DNA of 64,000 nucleotides from positions 32,001 through 96,000 of the forward strand of contig CBDFLE010000005.1 of NCBI GenBank assembly GCA_965248925.1, written 5' to 3'. Below the pieces are notes generated by a model. The model ran no database searches and had not been told where the DNA came from. It worked only from the letters and a program-made list of their open reading frames with translations. Positions 29,156-38,687 of this stretch are shown one piece after another (position 1 is the stretch's first letter; each line of letters starts with the position of its first letter). The position numbers and the translations under genes were made by a program. The stretch comes from Candidatus Multivoradales bacterium (GTDB lineage: Bacteria > Acidobacteriota > Thermoanaerobaculia > Multivoradales > J023).

Positions 29156-30424
29156 CCAAACGGCCACTTTATTGGTCGCCTGCCTTCGTTGATGGACCCG
29201 CTCCTTGTCTCCTCTTCAGCTCACGCCGAGAATTTCCCAGACCGACGGCGATCTTCGCTAGTTGCCGAGAATCCGAGGCGCCTGAGCGAGCCTTACCGTG
29301 GACAGCGCGTCGCAGCAGCCCATCAACTCGCCAGCCTGAGCCGCTCTACTTGGGCGCATAGAAGCCAGAGAGCACTCCTTGCCAGGCGGTCATGAATCGT
29401 AGGTGCCCCCGTGAGGGCTTGCGGCCGGTCCAGATCTCGGCTGGCGTGTAGCCATCGAGGCTTTGGTGCGGGCGCAGTTCGTTGTACCAAAACCGGAAGA
29501 CATCCAGCTGCCGCTGGGCCTTGCGGCCCGCTGGCAGCGGCTCGCGCCGCCGCCGCAGGCGCTCTTTGAAGGTACCGAAGAACCGTTCGACGCGGCCGTT
29601 CTGCCAGGGCGAGGCCACCTGAGTTCGCTGGTGGCGAATACCCAGTATGGCCAGCGAAAGCCGGAAGATCCAAGATGTAAAGACTGGCTCGTTGTCAGTG
29701 CGCAAGCACTTTGGCTTGCCGCATAGCTCGATCGCGTTGAGCAGCTGGCGAACCAGCTCAATGGAGGCTTTGGTCTTCACCGTCTGAAGGCTCAAGCAGA
29801 GCCGAGTGCCGTGGTCGAGCAGGCCGAAGATGGTTTCTTTCTGGCCGGCGGTGTTATCAGCGTAGGTGAGATCGGCGGCCCAGATCAGCCGCTTGCCGCC
29901 GATCCCAGGTTTTCTCCTGCGGATCTTCCGGCGCCAAGCGAGAATCTCCAGCTGGTGCTCGTTGAAGATCTTTGCAACGTAGCTCTTGCCCACCGTCATT
30001 CGGCGATGGCGGTAGTTGCGATTGAAGGCTGCCGCGATCGCCCTACAGCCATCGTCGGGCTGCAACGCCTTGAGCCGGATCACCGCTTGGCGCACCCACT
30101 TGGGCTTGCGCCGGCAGAAGCCGCGATAAGTCGTTGGGTCGGGTGGACACTTGGCTCGGCGGCGGTGCTTCGCCCTGGGTTGCAGGGCGAGCGAAGTGAG
30201 CGCAAGAATCAGAAGTAACATGAAGGCACAGAGTAGGGCGCCGCCAAGATCGGGAGTCATGCCCTGAGAATACCGATCTCACGCAGCCTAGCCCGAGGTG
30301 CCGCGCTGCCTCACGTATCACCTCCCGAATGCCAGAAGCCCGGCTTGTGCAACTCCAGCACGAAGTCCACCTCGGCGGCCCTCGTCTCGTAGTCACGCCG
30401 CTCCTTCGCCGCCGCGATCCTGGC
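29121..30424. mobile_element. DDE-integrase element, copy 3, truncated inside the 155-aa gene
   Basis: TGTCCCGTCC end; identity with copy 2 stops at GATCCTGGC (30424). Confidence 0.8.
29346..30260 (-). CDS. rve/DDE integrase-transposase, copy 3
   Basis: One residue different from copy 2. Confidence 0.9.
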   Translation of the reverse strand: MTPDLGGALLCAFMLLLILALTSLALQPRAKHRRRAKCPPDPTTYRGFCRRKPKWVRQAVIRLKALQPDDGCRAIAAAFNRNYRHRRMTVGKSYVAKIFNEHQLEILAWRRKIRRRKPGIGGKRLIWAADLTYADNTAGQKETIFGLLDHGTRLCLSLQTVKTKASIELVRQLLNAIELCGKPKCLRTDNEPVFTSWIFRLSLAILGIRHQRTQVASPWQNGRVERFFGTFKERLRRRREPLPAGRKAQRQLDVFRFWYNELRPHQSLDGYTPAEIWTGRKPSRGHLRFMTAWQGVLSGFYAPK

Positions 30425-32053
30425 CACGTCGAGGCGGCATTACATCCACGGTCGGATCACCGAGCAGATTACCCCCAACCAGAGCAAGACCACATTTACC
30501 AACTCCCTTGAGGACGGCTACTTGACTCAGGTGGTCGCCGACGCCCAGAACCTGGCTCTGAGCACCGACTTTCTGGAGCGCGATCCCCGTGGCAATCCGT
30601 TGCGCTGGCGTGACCCGCGCGGGGTGATTCAGGAAGCTGAGTACAACGCCCCCGGCGCTGGCCCAACGCCAGGGCAACACGCCCCCCGACGTGGCCCTGT
30701 TGGCTGACTTGCCCGAGCGCACTAGCTACCAGCACGACAACGCCATGAACCTGATTCGCAGCACCACCACCCAGCGTGGCATCGAGCAGATCACCGATTT
30801 ACCGCCGGACAATCGCAATCGTCCCAGCGCTTTCGGCGGCGTTGCCCTCGAATGGGACGCTGCCGGCAACATGAAGCGCAAGGGCGATATGCAGATGTAC
30901 TATGATTTCAAGAGCCGACTGACGCGGGTCGCCCGCGCCGGTGTCGAAGTCGCCAAGTATCACTACGACGCCTTCAACCGCCGGGTGAAGGTCGAGACGC
31001 CGACCCACACTGAGGACAGCGTCTGGGACGGCTGGCAGTCGTTAGAAACCTATCGCGATGGTGCCTTGGCCTCGCGGCGGGTCTACGGCAACGGTATCGA
31101 CGAGATCCTGCAACAAGAGGCCGACCTCGATGGAGATGGCACGGTGGAGCAGACTTACTATCCGATCACCGACAGCACCGGCAACGTGGCGATGCTGACC
31201 GGAGCTGACGGCAAGCCCATCGAGCGCTACTTCTACACCCCGTTTGGCGGGCGCAAAGTGCTGGTCGACTCCACGCCCCCCGAGGTCGAACAGGTGCGGG
31301 TGCAAGACGGTGCACTGTGGATCGAGCTTTCTGAAGAAGTCTCCACCGAAGAATTACAAGCCAGCCTGGCCGACGGTCGCATCCAGCTGACCCAGACCAG
31401 CGACGGAATGCCCCTGCCGCTGACTCTTGATCTGCCCGTCCAGGAAGGCCGTCAAGCTCGGCGAAGACTCGTGCTGACGCCGGCCACGCCGCCCACCGAC
31501 GGCGACAGCCTGCGGCTAGAAGTCGCCGCCAGCGCGCTGAGCGACACCTTCCGCAACCTGGCCAATGCCGGCGTCGACCTCACCTGGACCTGGTCCGCGG
31601 CCCAAGAGGTGCTGCAAGACACCGCCGCGCCGCGGGTCGCCGAAGTCCTGTTGCGATCACGCGTCGTCGAGATCCAGTTCAGCGAAGAGGCCGACCTCGC
31701 CGCGGCGGCCAGCGCGATCCTCTTAGACGGTCAGCCAACCAGCTGGACCTTGGCTGAAGACCGATTCACCCTGGTCGCAAGCAATACTCTGGCAGCAGGC
31801 ACTCACACCCTCGACATTGGTACAGACGCTCTCGACCTCGCCGGCAGCGGCCTGGCCGCTGCCTTCAGTCAGACGCTCGACGTGCCCGCCAGCGGCGACC
31901 AGCTGGTCTACCAGGCCGCCGACCCACGACTCAGCAGCACCAGTGCCGCCGGCAACGCTCATGGCTTCCATGGCCGGCCGGTGGATGAGGAAACCGGGCT
32001 GCTGTACTTCAGGAATCGCTATCTTGATCCGGAGATGGGGCGGTTTGTTAGTT
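30423..32053 (+). pseudogene. Chimeric RHS remnant: core-B fragment (30423-30650) joined to core-A fragment (30648-32053); no toxin tip
   Basis: Similar to about 24540-24775 and about 14329-15732; ends at RFVS, just before the DPxG motifs. Confidence 0.85.
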
Positions 32054-33594
32054 CTACTTTGTCAGATTACTTAAATTGGTGACGACAAAGGCTTTAACCT
32101 GTATTGGCGGCCCCGATGAAGGCCGTCACTAAACCCATGGAGGAACTCATGGCTCAGCTTGAGCCCCCAGTTCCCTAGTCGTTCGGAGATCAGCGATGCC
32201 CCAGTTTCCTACCAAAATCTGGGGCGCGAGTTGTGGGATTTTGCCTAGGGCTTTGCCCTTTGTTTCTCTCGCTTTACACGCAGTGTGCTGCCGCAGGCGG
32301 GGCAGTATCTTTGCGGCCTAATGCAGGCGCGACGCGCTACCATGCTGCAAATGGCTGAAGTTGTCCCCGATTCCGATTCCCAAGCTTTGCATCACTTCCT
32401 GTCGGTGTCGGACTGGGAGAGTCAAAAGGTTATGGACCAGGTTGCTGCGGGAGTCGATGCCGAGCTGGGCGGCACCCTGGATTCGGCACCCTGGATTCGT
32501 GCCTGGTTATCGACGAGTCGAGTTTCCCGAAGAAGGGGAAGAAATCTGTCGGGGTGGCCCGGCAATGGTGCGGAACTCGGGGCAAGACCGACAGCTGTCA
32601 GGTGGGCGTTTTCGCCAGCCTCGGTCACGGCAATCGCGCGTCCTTGATCGATGCCCGGTTGTACCTGCCCCGCGAGTGGACCAACTCGCCGAAGCGCTGC
32701 CGTCAAGCGGGTGTTCCGGAATCGGCACGAACGTTTCAAACCAAGCCGGAATTGGCTCTTGAGATGGTCCACAGAGCGCGGGCTCAGGGCCTTCGCTTTC
32801 GTTGGGTTGCCGCTGATGGTGGTTATGGGAACAACCCAGCATTTCTTCAGGGCCTGGACGATGCGGGCGAAGTCTTCGTCATCGATATCCATCGCGATCA
32901 ACGCATCTACGCCGAAGACCCGAAGCCGGAGATTCCGACTTCGCCGTCGGGACGTTCTCGCCGACGAGTTACCCAGATGAAACCTATGCGAGTGGATGCT
33001 TGGTTGCCACAGCGGCCGGAGTCGGCTTGGAAGCGGCAGTGGATTCGTCATACGACGAAAGGCGAGTTGCACCTGGATGTGATGCGAGGCATGGTCTGGC
33101 TGTGGGATGGCCGAGAAGCCTCGGCCCGCTGCTGGCACCTGTTGGTGACCCGCGATCCCAGCGATCCTGCGAGCCTGAAATACAGCCTGAGTAATGCACC
33201 CGCTGAAACCCCGGCAGGCCGGCTCGCCCAGATCCAGCGTCAGCGCTACTGGATCGAGCGCACTTTTCAAGACGCCAAGAGAGAGGCCGGAATGGCCGAG
33301 TACCAGGCCCGCAGTTGGAAGGTTTGGCATCACCACATGGCGCTGGTCATGATGGCCCTGCTCTTTCTCCTTCAACAACGCCAGAAACATCAATCGACCC
33401 ACCCTTTGCTCAGCTGTACTGACCTCAAGATCTTGTTGGCCAAGGTCCTACCAAGACGGGATGTTGGCCTTGATGAAGTGCTACATCTCATGGAACAACG
33501 ACATCAGCGACGACAGGCTGCTACTAGGTCCGCTTACCAGAAACGACAGGCGCGAGACGGGACATTTCCCGGCTCTGGGAATCTGACAAAGTAG
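32054..33594 (+). mobile_element. IS701-family insertion sequence
   Basis: 15-bp TIRs CTACTTTGTCAGATT (32054) and AATCTGACAAAGTAG (33580-33594); 4-bp AGTT direct repeats on both sides. Confidence 0.9.
32149..33594 (+). pseudogene. IS701-family DDE transposase, disrupted
   Basis: Motifs IDESSFPKKGKKSVGVARQW, DARLYLPREW, TKPELA, ADGGYG; 14-bp tandem duplication at 32471-32498 shifts the frame; in-frame TAG at 32246. Confidence 0.85.
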
Positions 33595-33701
33595 AGTTAG
33601 GAGGGAAGGGACCTGCCGGTCGAGGAAGCCTCGCTGATCCAAGAGGTTTGAGTTCCCCAACGATCTCAATTCTCTCCCGGAGACTGGCTATCAGCGGTCT
33701 C

Positions 33702-34658
33702 CTAGTGGGTCACCGGTTGGCCGATGGCTTCGAGGATCGCCACCGCGTTCAGGGCACTGCCGCGGGTCAGGTTGTCCATCACCGCCCAGATCCAATAAGC
33801 GCCATCGCCAGCCGCTTCGACCGCTCCCACCAGCAGCTCCTCACGGCCCGTGGCGTCGAGCGGACCGAGTAGCTCGGGGTCGATGGCGAGGTCGTTGGCC
33901 AGATGCTCGCCCAGGGTTTGGCGCACCGCTTGGGCTCCGGGATCGTCCTCCAGTTCTAGTCGCAAGCTGATGGCGTAGCCGTGGAAAACCCCGGTCTGCA
34001 AAACTTGAACGGAGACCGCTGGTCCCGTGGCCAGGGTGGCCCCGAGTTGGGCTTCGATCCGCTGGCTTGCGGCCGCGGTGGGCAGGATGTTGAACGCCAT
34101 CTGGGCGGGGAAGACCTCACGGTCGGGAGCCCCTTCGAAGGCCAGCAAGCTGCGGGTCTGTGCCAGCACCTCATTGAGCCCCTGCTTGCCGTGGTGTGAC
34201 ACCGAGCGCAGCAAAGTGGCTACCGCGATTCGCGGTCGCCAGTCAGCGAGGGGGTGCAGCAGATGAGCCAGGGCAATAGTTGCCGGATCGGGGCTGAGCA
34301 GGCGCTGGCTTGGGTCGGCCTGATCGAGGTTGACGCCATCGATGATCGGCTGGCCGTCATCAAGCTCGGCATCCAAAGACAAGACGATGGCGGTGGCTCC
34401 TGGCGATAGCTTGGAGAAGAGTGGCCGACAGTCCGCGATCGGGCCGCAGAAGAACACAATGTCAGCACGGGCGAGCAAAACGTCGTCGACAGGCTGCACA
34501 ACTTTTGCCGTACCGCGAGATTCGCTCAGCGTGCCAATGACATCTTCGTCGGCGGACAACAGGTCGAGTTCTTGCCACAGTTCCTGCCGCCGATCCAACG
34601 TTTGCTGCAACTCGGTGGCTTCGAAGCCAGCGGGGTTGACGATAGCTAATCTGGTCAA
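33702..34658 (-). CDS. Aspartate-semialdehyde dehydrogenase-like (Asd/Usg family) protein
   Basis: 'FPAQMAFNILP', 'VFHGYA', 'WAVMDNLTRGSALNAVAI'; catalytic NPNC motif is degenerate. Confidence 0.75.
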   Translation of the reverse strand: MTRLAIVNPAGFEATELQQTLDRRQELWQELDLLSADEDVIGTLSESRGTAKVVQPVDDVLLARADIVFFCGPIADCRPLFSKLSPGATAIVLSLDAELDDGQPIIDGVNLDQADPSQRLLSPDPATIALAHLLHPLADWRPRIAVATLLRSVSHHGKQGLNEVLAQTRSLLAFEGAPDREVFPAQMAFNILPTAAASQRIEAQLGATLATGPAVSVQVLQTGVFHGYAISLRLELEDDPGAQAVRQTLGEHLANDLAIDPELLGPLDATGREELLVGAVEAAGDGAYWIWAVMDNLTRGSALNAVAILEAIGQPVTH

Positions 34659-35434
34659 GGGGCGGCCTCACGTGTATCTAGCTCAGCAGAAGTTTCGGGC
34701 GGGCGTCGGCGCAGTCGGCGCAGCACCCAGCCGAGGGGGCCGCTGCCGACGTATAGTACCGCCGCGACGAGAAAAAAGGCGGGCGGGTCATAGGCCGTAA
34801 TCAGCAGAATAGCCGCTAGCGGCAGCCCCGCCCGGTAGCTCCAGCGCTGCCGCAGGTCAAATTTCTTGAAGCTGGCGAAACGGAAAGTCGAGATCATCAG
34901 CAGGCCGAGGGTCAGCAGCAGCACCATCACCAGGGCACCGTACCAGGACTGGCTGGCGCTATTGGGTGCAAAAAACAGCACTGAGCCGACCGACCCGGCG
35001 GCTGCCGGGGTCGGCAAGCCGACGAAGTAGCGGCTTTCGCTGCCGCTGGTTTGCACGTTGTAGCGCGCCAGGCGGACGGCGGTGCAGACCAGGAAGAACA
35101 GCGGTATCAGCCAACCAGCGCGACCGAACTTTTCGAGTCCCCAGAGGTAGCTCAACAAAGCCGGAGCAGCGCCGAAGGTCAGCACGTCGGCCAGCGAGTC
35201 GAATTCGCGGCCGAAGTCGCTCTCAGTTTGGGTCATGCGCGCGATACGGCCGTCGAGGCCATCTATCACCCCAGCGCAGAGCAGCATCAAGACCGCGGTT
35301 TTGAAGTCGCCGCGCAAGCCGCAGACCACGGCGTAAAAACCGAGCATGATGTTGCCCATGGTGAACAGGCTGGGAAGCAAATACGCCCCGCGACGTAGAC
35401 GGTGGCGGACCCGCTGCCGGGAAGCGCGGCTCAT
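34655..35434 (-). CDS. pssA: CDP-diacylglycerol--serine O-phosphatidyltransferase
   Basis: 'LPSLFTMGN', 'DGLDGRIAR...FGREFDSLAD', 'RLARYN', 'FVGLPTPAAA'. Confidence 0.9.
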   Translation of the reverse strand: MSRASRQRVRHRLRRGAYLLPSLFTMGNIMLGFYAVVCGLRGDFKTAVLMLLCAGVIDGLDGRIARMTQTESDFGREFDSLADVLTFGAAPALLSYLWGLEKFGRAGWLIPLFFLVCTAVRLARYNVQTSGSESRYFVGLPTPAAAGSVGSVLFFAPNSASQSWYGALVMVLLLTLGLLMISTFRFASFKKFDLRQRWSYRAGLPLAAILLITAYDPPAFFLVAAVLYVGSGPLGWVLRRLRRRPPETSAELDTREAAP

Positions 35435-35568
35435 GGTGATCGTCCTCGGGTTCTGAGTGAGTGTCGCGAAGATCGCAATTGCGGCCGTGGCAGAGGCTGC
35501 TGAGAACAGCTCGATCGGCCACCAAGCCGGTGCCGCCAGCCTAGCACGGGACCCGCGGGCTGCTTGAA

Positions 35569-35627
35569 GCCGGGGCTCAAAATGACAGAGGAGGCAATGA
35601 GCCTCCTCTGTCATTTTGAGCCCCGGC
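35569..35627. repeat. Perfect 27-bp inverted repeat with a 5-nt loop (possible terminator)
   Basis: GCCGGGGCTCAAAATGACAGAGGAGGC-AATGA-exact reverse complement; lies downstream of the DUF465 gene. Confidence 0.9.
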
Positions 35628-35683
35628 GCCCGCTAGTGGCTAACGGCGCAGACTGAATTGCCTGCACAGTCTGGAGAGAGTCC

Positions 35684-35920
35684 TCAGGCAGGTGCTGCCA
35701 CTTGGTGGCGGTGGGCGTCGATGATCAGCGCCATCTGGTCTTTCAGACGGAGCTTCTCGACCTTGATTCGCTTGATCTCGACCTCGGCTTCTTCGGAGTG
35801 GAGGTTCTCGAGGCGGATTTCGCTCAGGTGCTGTTTGTGCGCCTGGTGAGTTTCGAACAGGCGGCGAAAATTCTCATCCGTTTTGAGCAACTCCTCTTTC
35901 AGCGAATCGGTCTGCTGCAT
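35684..35920 (-). CDS. DUF465/YdcH-family small protein
   Basis: 'DENFRRLFETHQ...EIKRIKVEKLRLKDQM'; AAGGAGGAG RBS. Confidence 0.8.
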   Translation of the reverse strand: MQQTDSLKEELLKTDENFRRLFETHQAHKQHLSEIRLENLHSEEAEVEIKRIKVEKLRLKDQMALIIDAHRHQVAAPA

Positions 35921-36259
35921 GTCGGCTCCTCCTTGTGGTCCGGGGGGTCAGGTTTCTTCCGGCGACGTTTCGAGGTGCCCGCCCAGTTGGCACGGCAATG
36001 CCAGCCGGCCGCGCGGGCGGACGACGAAACCCGCTCCGACAGCCCACCGATCCACCGCTTGGTGGAGGGCTTTCGGAACGACTTTCACGAAGACGAATTT
36101 CATTCTGAATAGCAGCATTGTAGCATCGGCCGGCGAGGTCGGCAAGCAGTAGCTCGATCGGATTTGGTGTTCGCAAGTGGCTGTTTTCATACCTTTAACA
36201 CCTGCCTTTTCCCGTCTCTACCAATGGGTCGGACAACAATGGGTCGGACAAAGAGTTTT

Positions 36260-36964
36260 CTAGCCGGCTGGCGCCGGGTGCTGACCGATGGCGTTGGGCA
36301 GGGTGACGGCGGGAGGGCGGAAGTAGATTGGCTGCAACAGGCGGGCATTGGCCCAGGGCTTCGCCAGGGTGGCCGCCAAGCGGGCGGCAGTTGCCGCCAG
36401 CGGCGGCGGCTCGAGCAGCTCGGCGCCGCCCGGCCAGGCAGAATCCTCGGCCAGCCGGGTGATACCAAAACCGATCAGCCGGGGGTGCTTGGCGAGTTCG
36501 GCGGCGCTAGCTAGAAAGCGATTGCCACAGGCTCGCGGCTGCTCTCTCCCGAGTTCGAAACGGCGTCCGCACCACTCGCCCCGCAGTGCATCGACCACCG
36601 CAGTGATCTGCCCCTCGGTAAAGCCGCTAGAGGCGGCCAGCACTTGCAGGCTCGACAGCGCCGTCGCCGCGATGCCAGTCGCCTGGTGCAGGCCGAGGGC
36701 GGTGGCTAGGGCGATGCGCAAGCCAGTGAAGCTACCTGGACCTTGAAGTGCCACCAGACCGCCGAGATCGGCGCGGGCGATCTCGGCCTCGGCCAATACC
36801 TGGTCGATCGAATCGAGGAGCAGCTCAGAGGAGCGTCGCAGCTCCAGGTGGCACTCTGCCAGCACCCGCTGACCGTGAGCAACGGCGACGCTGACCACGG
36901 GTGAAGCACTGTCGAAGGCGAGGATTGGCGATGGGTTTAGAGGAGGTTTCACGGGAGATTCCAA
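36260..36964 (-). CDS. tsaB: tRNA threonylcarbamoyladenosine biosynthesis protein TsaB (start approximate)
   Basis: 'ILAFDSA', 'GPGSFTGLRI', 'VDALRGE'. Confidence 0.9.
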   Translation of the reverse strand: MESPVKPPLNPSPILAFDSASPVVSVAVAHGQRVLAECHLELRRSSELLLDSIDQVLAEAEIARADLGGLVALQGPGSFTGLRIALATALGLHQATGIAATALSSLQVLAASSGFTEGQITAVVDALRGEWCGRRFELGREQPRACGNRFLASAAELAKHPRLIGFGITRLAEDSAWPGGAELLEPPPLAATAARLAATLAKPWANARLLQPIYFRPPAVTLPNAIGQHPAPAG

Positions 36965-37196
36965 AGGCAGGTGGATTGCGGGTTAGGACGCTTCAGTGCC
37001 GAGCCTACTCCTTCGCTGGGCAAACAGCGAGGGAGGGAGTCTGAGGCGAGGAACAGCGGCGCGAGTCCTGGAGTGGGGCGGCAGAATCCGCTAGTGTGCG
37101 CGGGTCGCCCGCCCCGCTGGTTTGGGGCTCCGCAGAATTCCTGCTGTCGTCGCCTGCTGAGACTGGCGGCAACAGCAAGCATCCAGAGCACTATCG

Positions 37197-38687
37197 ATGT
37201 CCGAGCTTGACAATCAAATCGCCGTCCGCCGCCAGAAGCTCGAAGATCTTCGAGCGGCGGGAATCAACCCTTATCCCCACCGCTTCGATCACGATGCGGA
37301 CACCACTACTGTCCATGCCGAGCATGGCGACAAGAGCGCCGAGGAACTGGTCGAAGCACCGATCCACTTGCGGGTTCCAGGCCGGGTGATGGCGGTGCGC
37401 AAACAGGGCAAGCTGTACTTCGCCGACCTCACCGATGGCAAGCAGAAATTGCAGCTTTTCTTGCGCAAGAACAATCTCTCGGAGGCCGATTGGGAGCTGC
37501 TTGGCAATCTCGACATTGGCGATTATCTCGGGGTCGAGGGAGTGTTGATGCGTACCCGGATGGGTGAACTCAGCCTGGCCGGCGAGCGGCTAACGCTGCT
37601 GTCCAAGTCGCTGCGGCCGTTGCCGGAGAAATGGAGCGGACTCAAGGACGTCAACCTGCGCTACCGCCAGCGCTATGTCGATTTGATCGTCAACCCGGAG
37701 TCGCGCCAAGTCTTCGAAGTGCGGGCAGCAATCGTCCGCTATCTGCGACGATTCCTCGATCAGCGTGGTTTTCTCGAAGTCGAGACGCCGATGATGCAGC
37801 CCATCCCCGGCGGCGCCACGGCGCGGCCCTTCGTCACGCATCACAACGCTTTGGACATGGAACTCTACCTGCGGGTGGCGCCGGAGCTCTATCTCAAGCG
37901 GCTGCTGGTGGGCGGCATCGCGCGGGTCTACGAAATCAATCGCAACTTTCGCAACGAGGGCATTTCGACCCAGCACAATCCCGAGTTCACCATGCTCGAG
38001 TTCTACTGGGCCTATGTTGACTACAGCGACCTGATGGACCTCACCGAAGAGATGCTCGGCGGCCTGGCGGAGGAGATTCTCGGCAGCACCAAGATCTCTT
38101 GGAGAGACGGCACGGTCGACTTCGCCCGTCCCTGGAAGCGTTACACCATGCGCCAGGCGGCGGTGGAGTTGGGCGGTGTCGACGAAGCTGCTTTGGCTGA
38201 TTGTGACAGCTTGGCCACCGAACTCAAGCGGCGCCAGTTGGAGATCCCCAAAGCGCGCGACTACGGCCACCTGCTAATGGCTCTGTTCGAAGCCACCGCC
38301 GAAGAGCACCTGATACAGCCGACCTTCATCACCGAGCATCCGGTGGAGGTTTCGCCCCTCTCGAAGCAGAAACCCGACGATCCGGCCTTCACCGAGCGCT
38401 TCGAGTTGTACATCGGCGGCATGGAGATCGCCAACGCCTTCAGCGAACTCAATGACCCCGATGTGCAGGCTGAGCGCTTTCGCCAGCAGGTGGCGGCCCG
38501 TGATGCGGGCGACGACGAGGCCCACGTTTTCGACCACGACTACGTGCGCGCCCTGGAGCACGCGATGCCGCCGGCAGGTGGAGAAGGGGTCGGCATCGAT
38601 CGGCTGACCATGCTGCTGACTGGCAGCACGTCGATCCGCGATGTCATCCTCTTCCCCTTACTTCGACCGCAGGCCGACCCGCGTTGA
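37197..38687 (+). CDS. lysS: Lysine--tRNA ligase (class II)
   Basis: 'YRQRYVDL', 'GFLEVETPMM', 'FRNEGISTQHNPEFTMLEFY', 'GIDRLTMLLT'. Confidence 0.97.
   Translation: MSELDNQIAVRRQKLEDLRAAGINPYPHRFDHDADTTTVHAEHGDKSAEELVEAPIHLRVPGRVMAVRKQGKLYFADLTDGKQKLQLFLRKNNLSEADWELLGNLDIGDYLGVEGVLMRTRMGELSLAGERLTLLSKSLRPLPEKWSGLKDVNLRYRQRYVDLIVNPESRQVFEVRAAIVRYLRRFLDQRGFLEVETPMMQPIPGGATARPFVTHHNALDMELYLRVAPELYLKRLLVGGIARVYEINRNFRNEGISTQHNPEFTMLEFYWAYVDYSDLMDLTEEMLGGLAEEILGSTKISWRDGTVDFARPWKRYTMRQAAVELGGVDEAALADCDSLATELKRRQLEIPKARDYGHLLMALFEATAEEHLIQPTFITEHPVEVSPLSKQKPDDPAFTERFELYIGGMEIANAFSELNDPDVQAERFRQQVAARDAGDDEAHVFDHDYVRALEHAMPPAGGEGVGIDRLTMLLTGSTSIRDVILFPLLRPQADPR

Noticed and set aside
1-32053. Diversity-generating retroelement or integron as the explanation for the repeats
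   Set aside because: No reverse transcriptase, no adenine-specific variation, and no tyrosine integrase or attC-like sites seen.
33551-33564. GACGGGACA as the missing inverted right end of the integrase element
   Set aside because: Only a 9-bp match, and it lies inside the IS701 transposase coding region; likely chance.
35435-35614. 60-aa N-terminal extension of PssA
   Set aside because: The upstream ATG lies within the hairpin; PssA-like sequence starts at MSRASRQ (35434).
35948-36190. Small ORF or ncRNA between tsaB and the DUF465 gene
   Set aside because: No recognisable protein motif or RNA family; an Rfam search would be needed.
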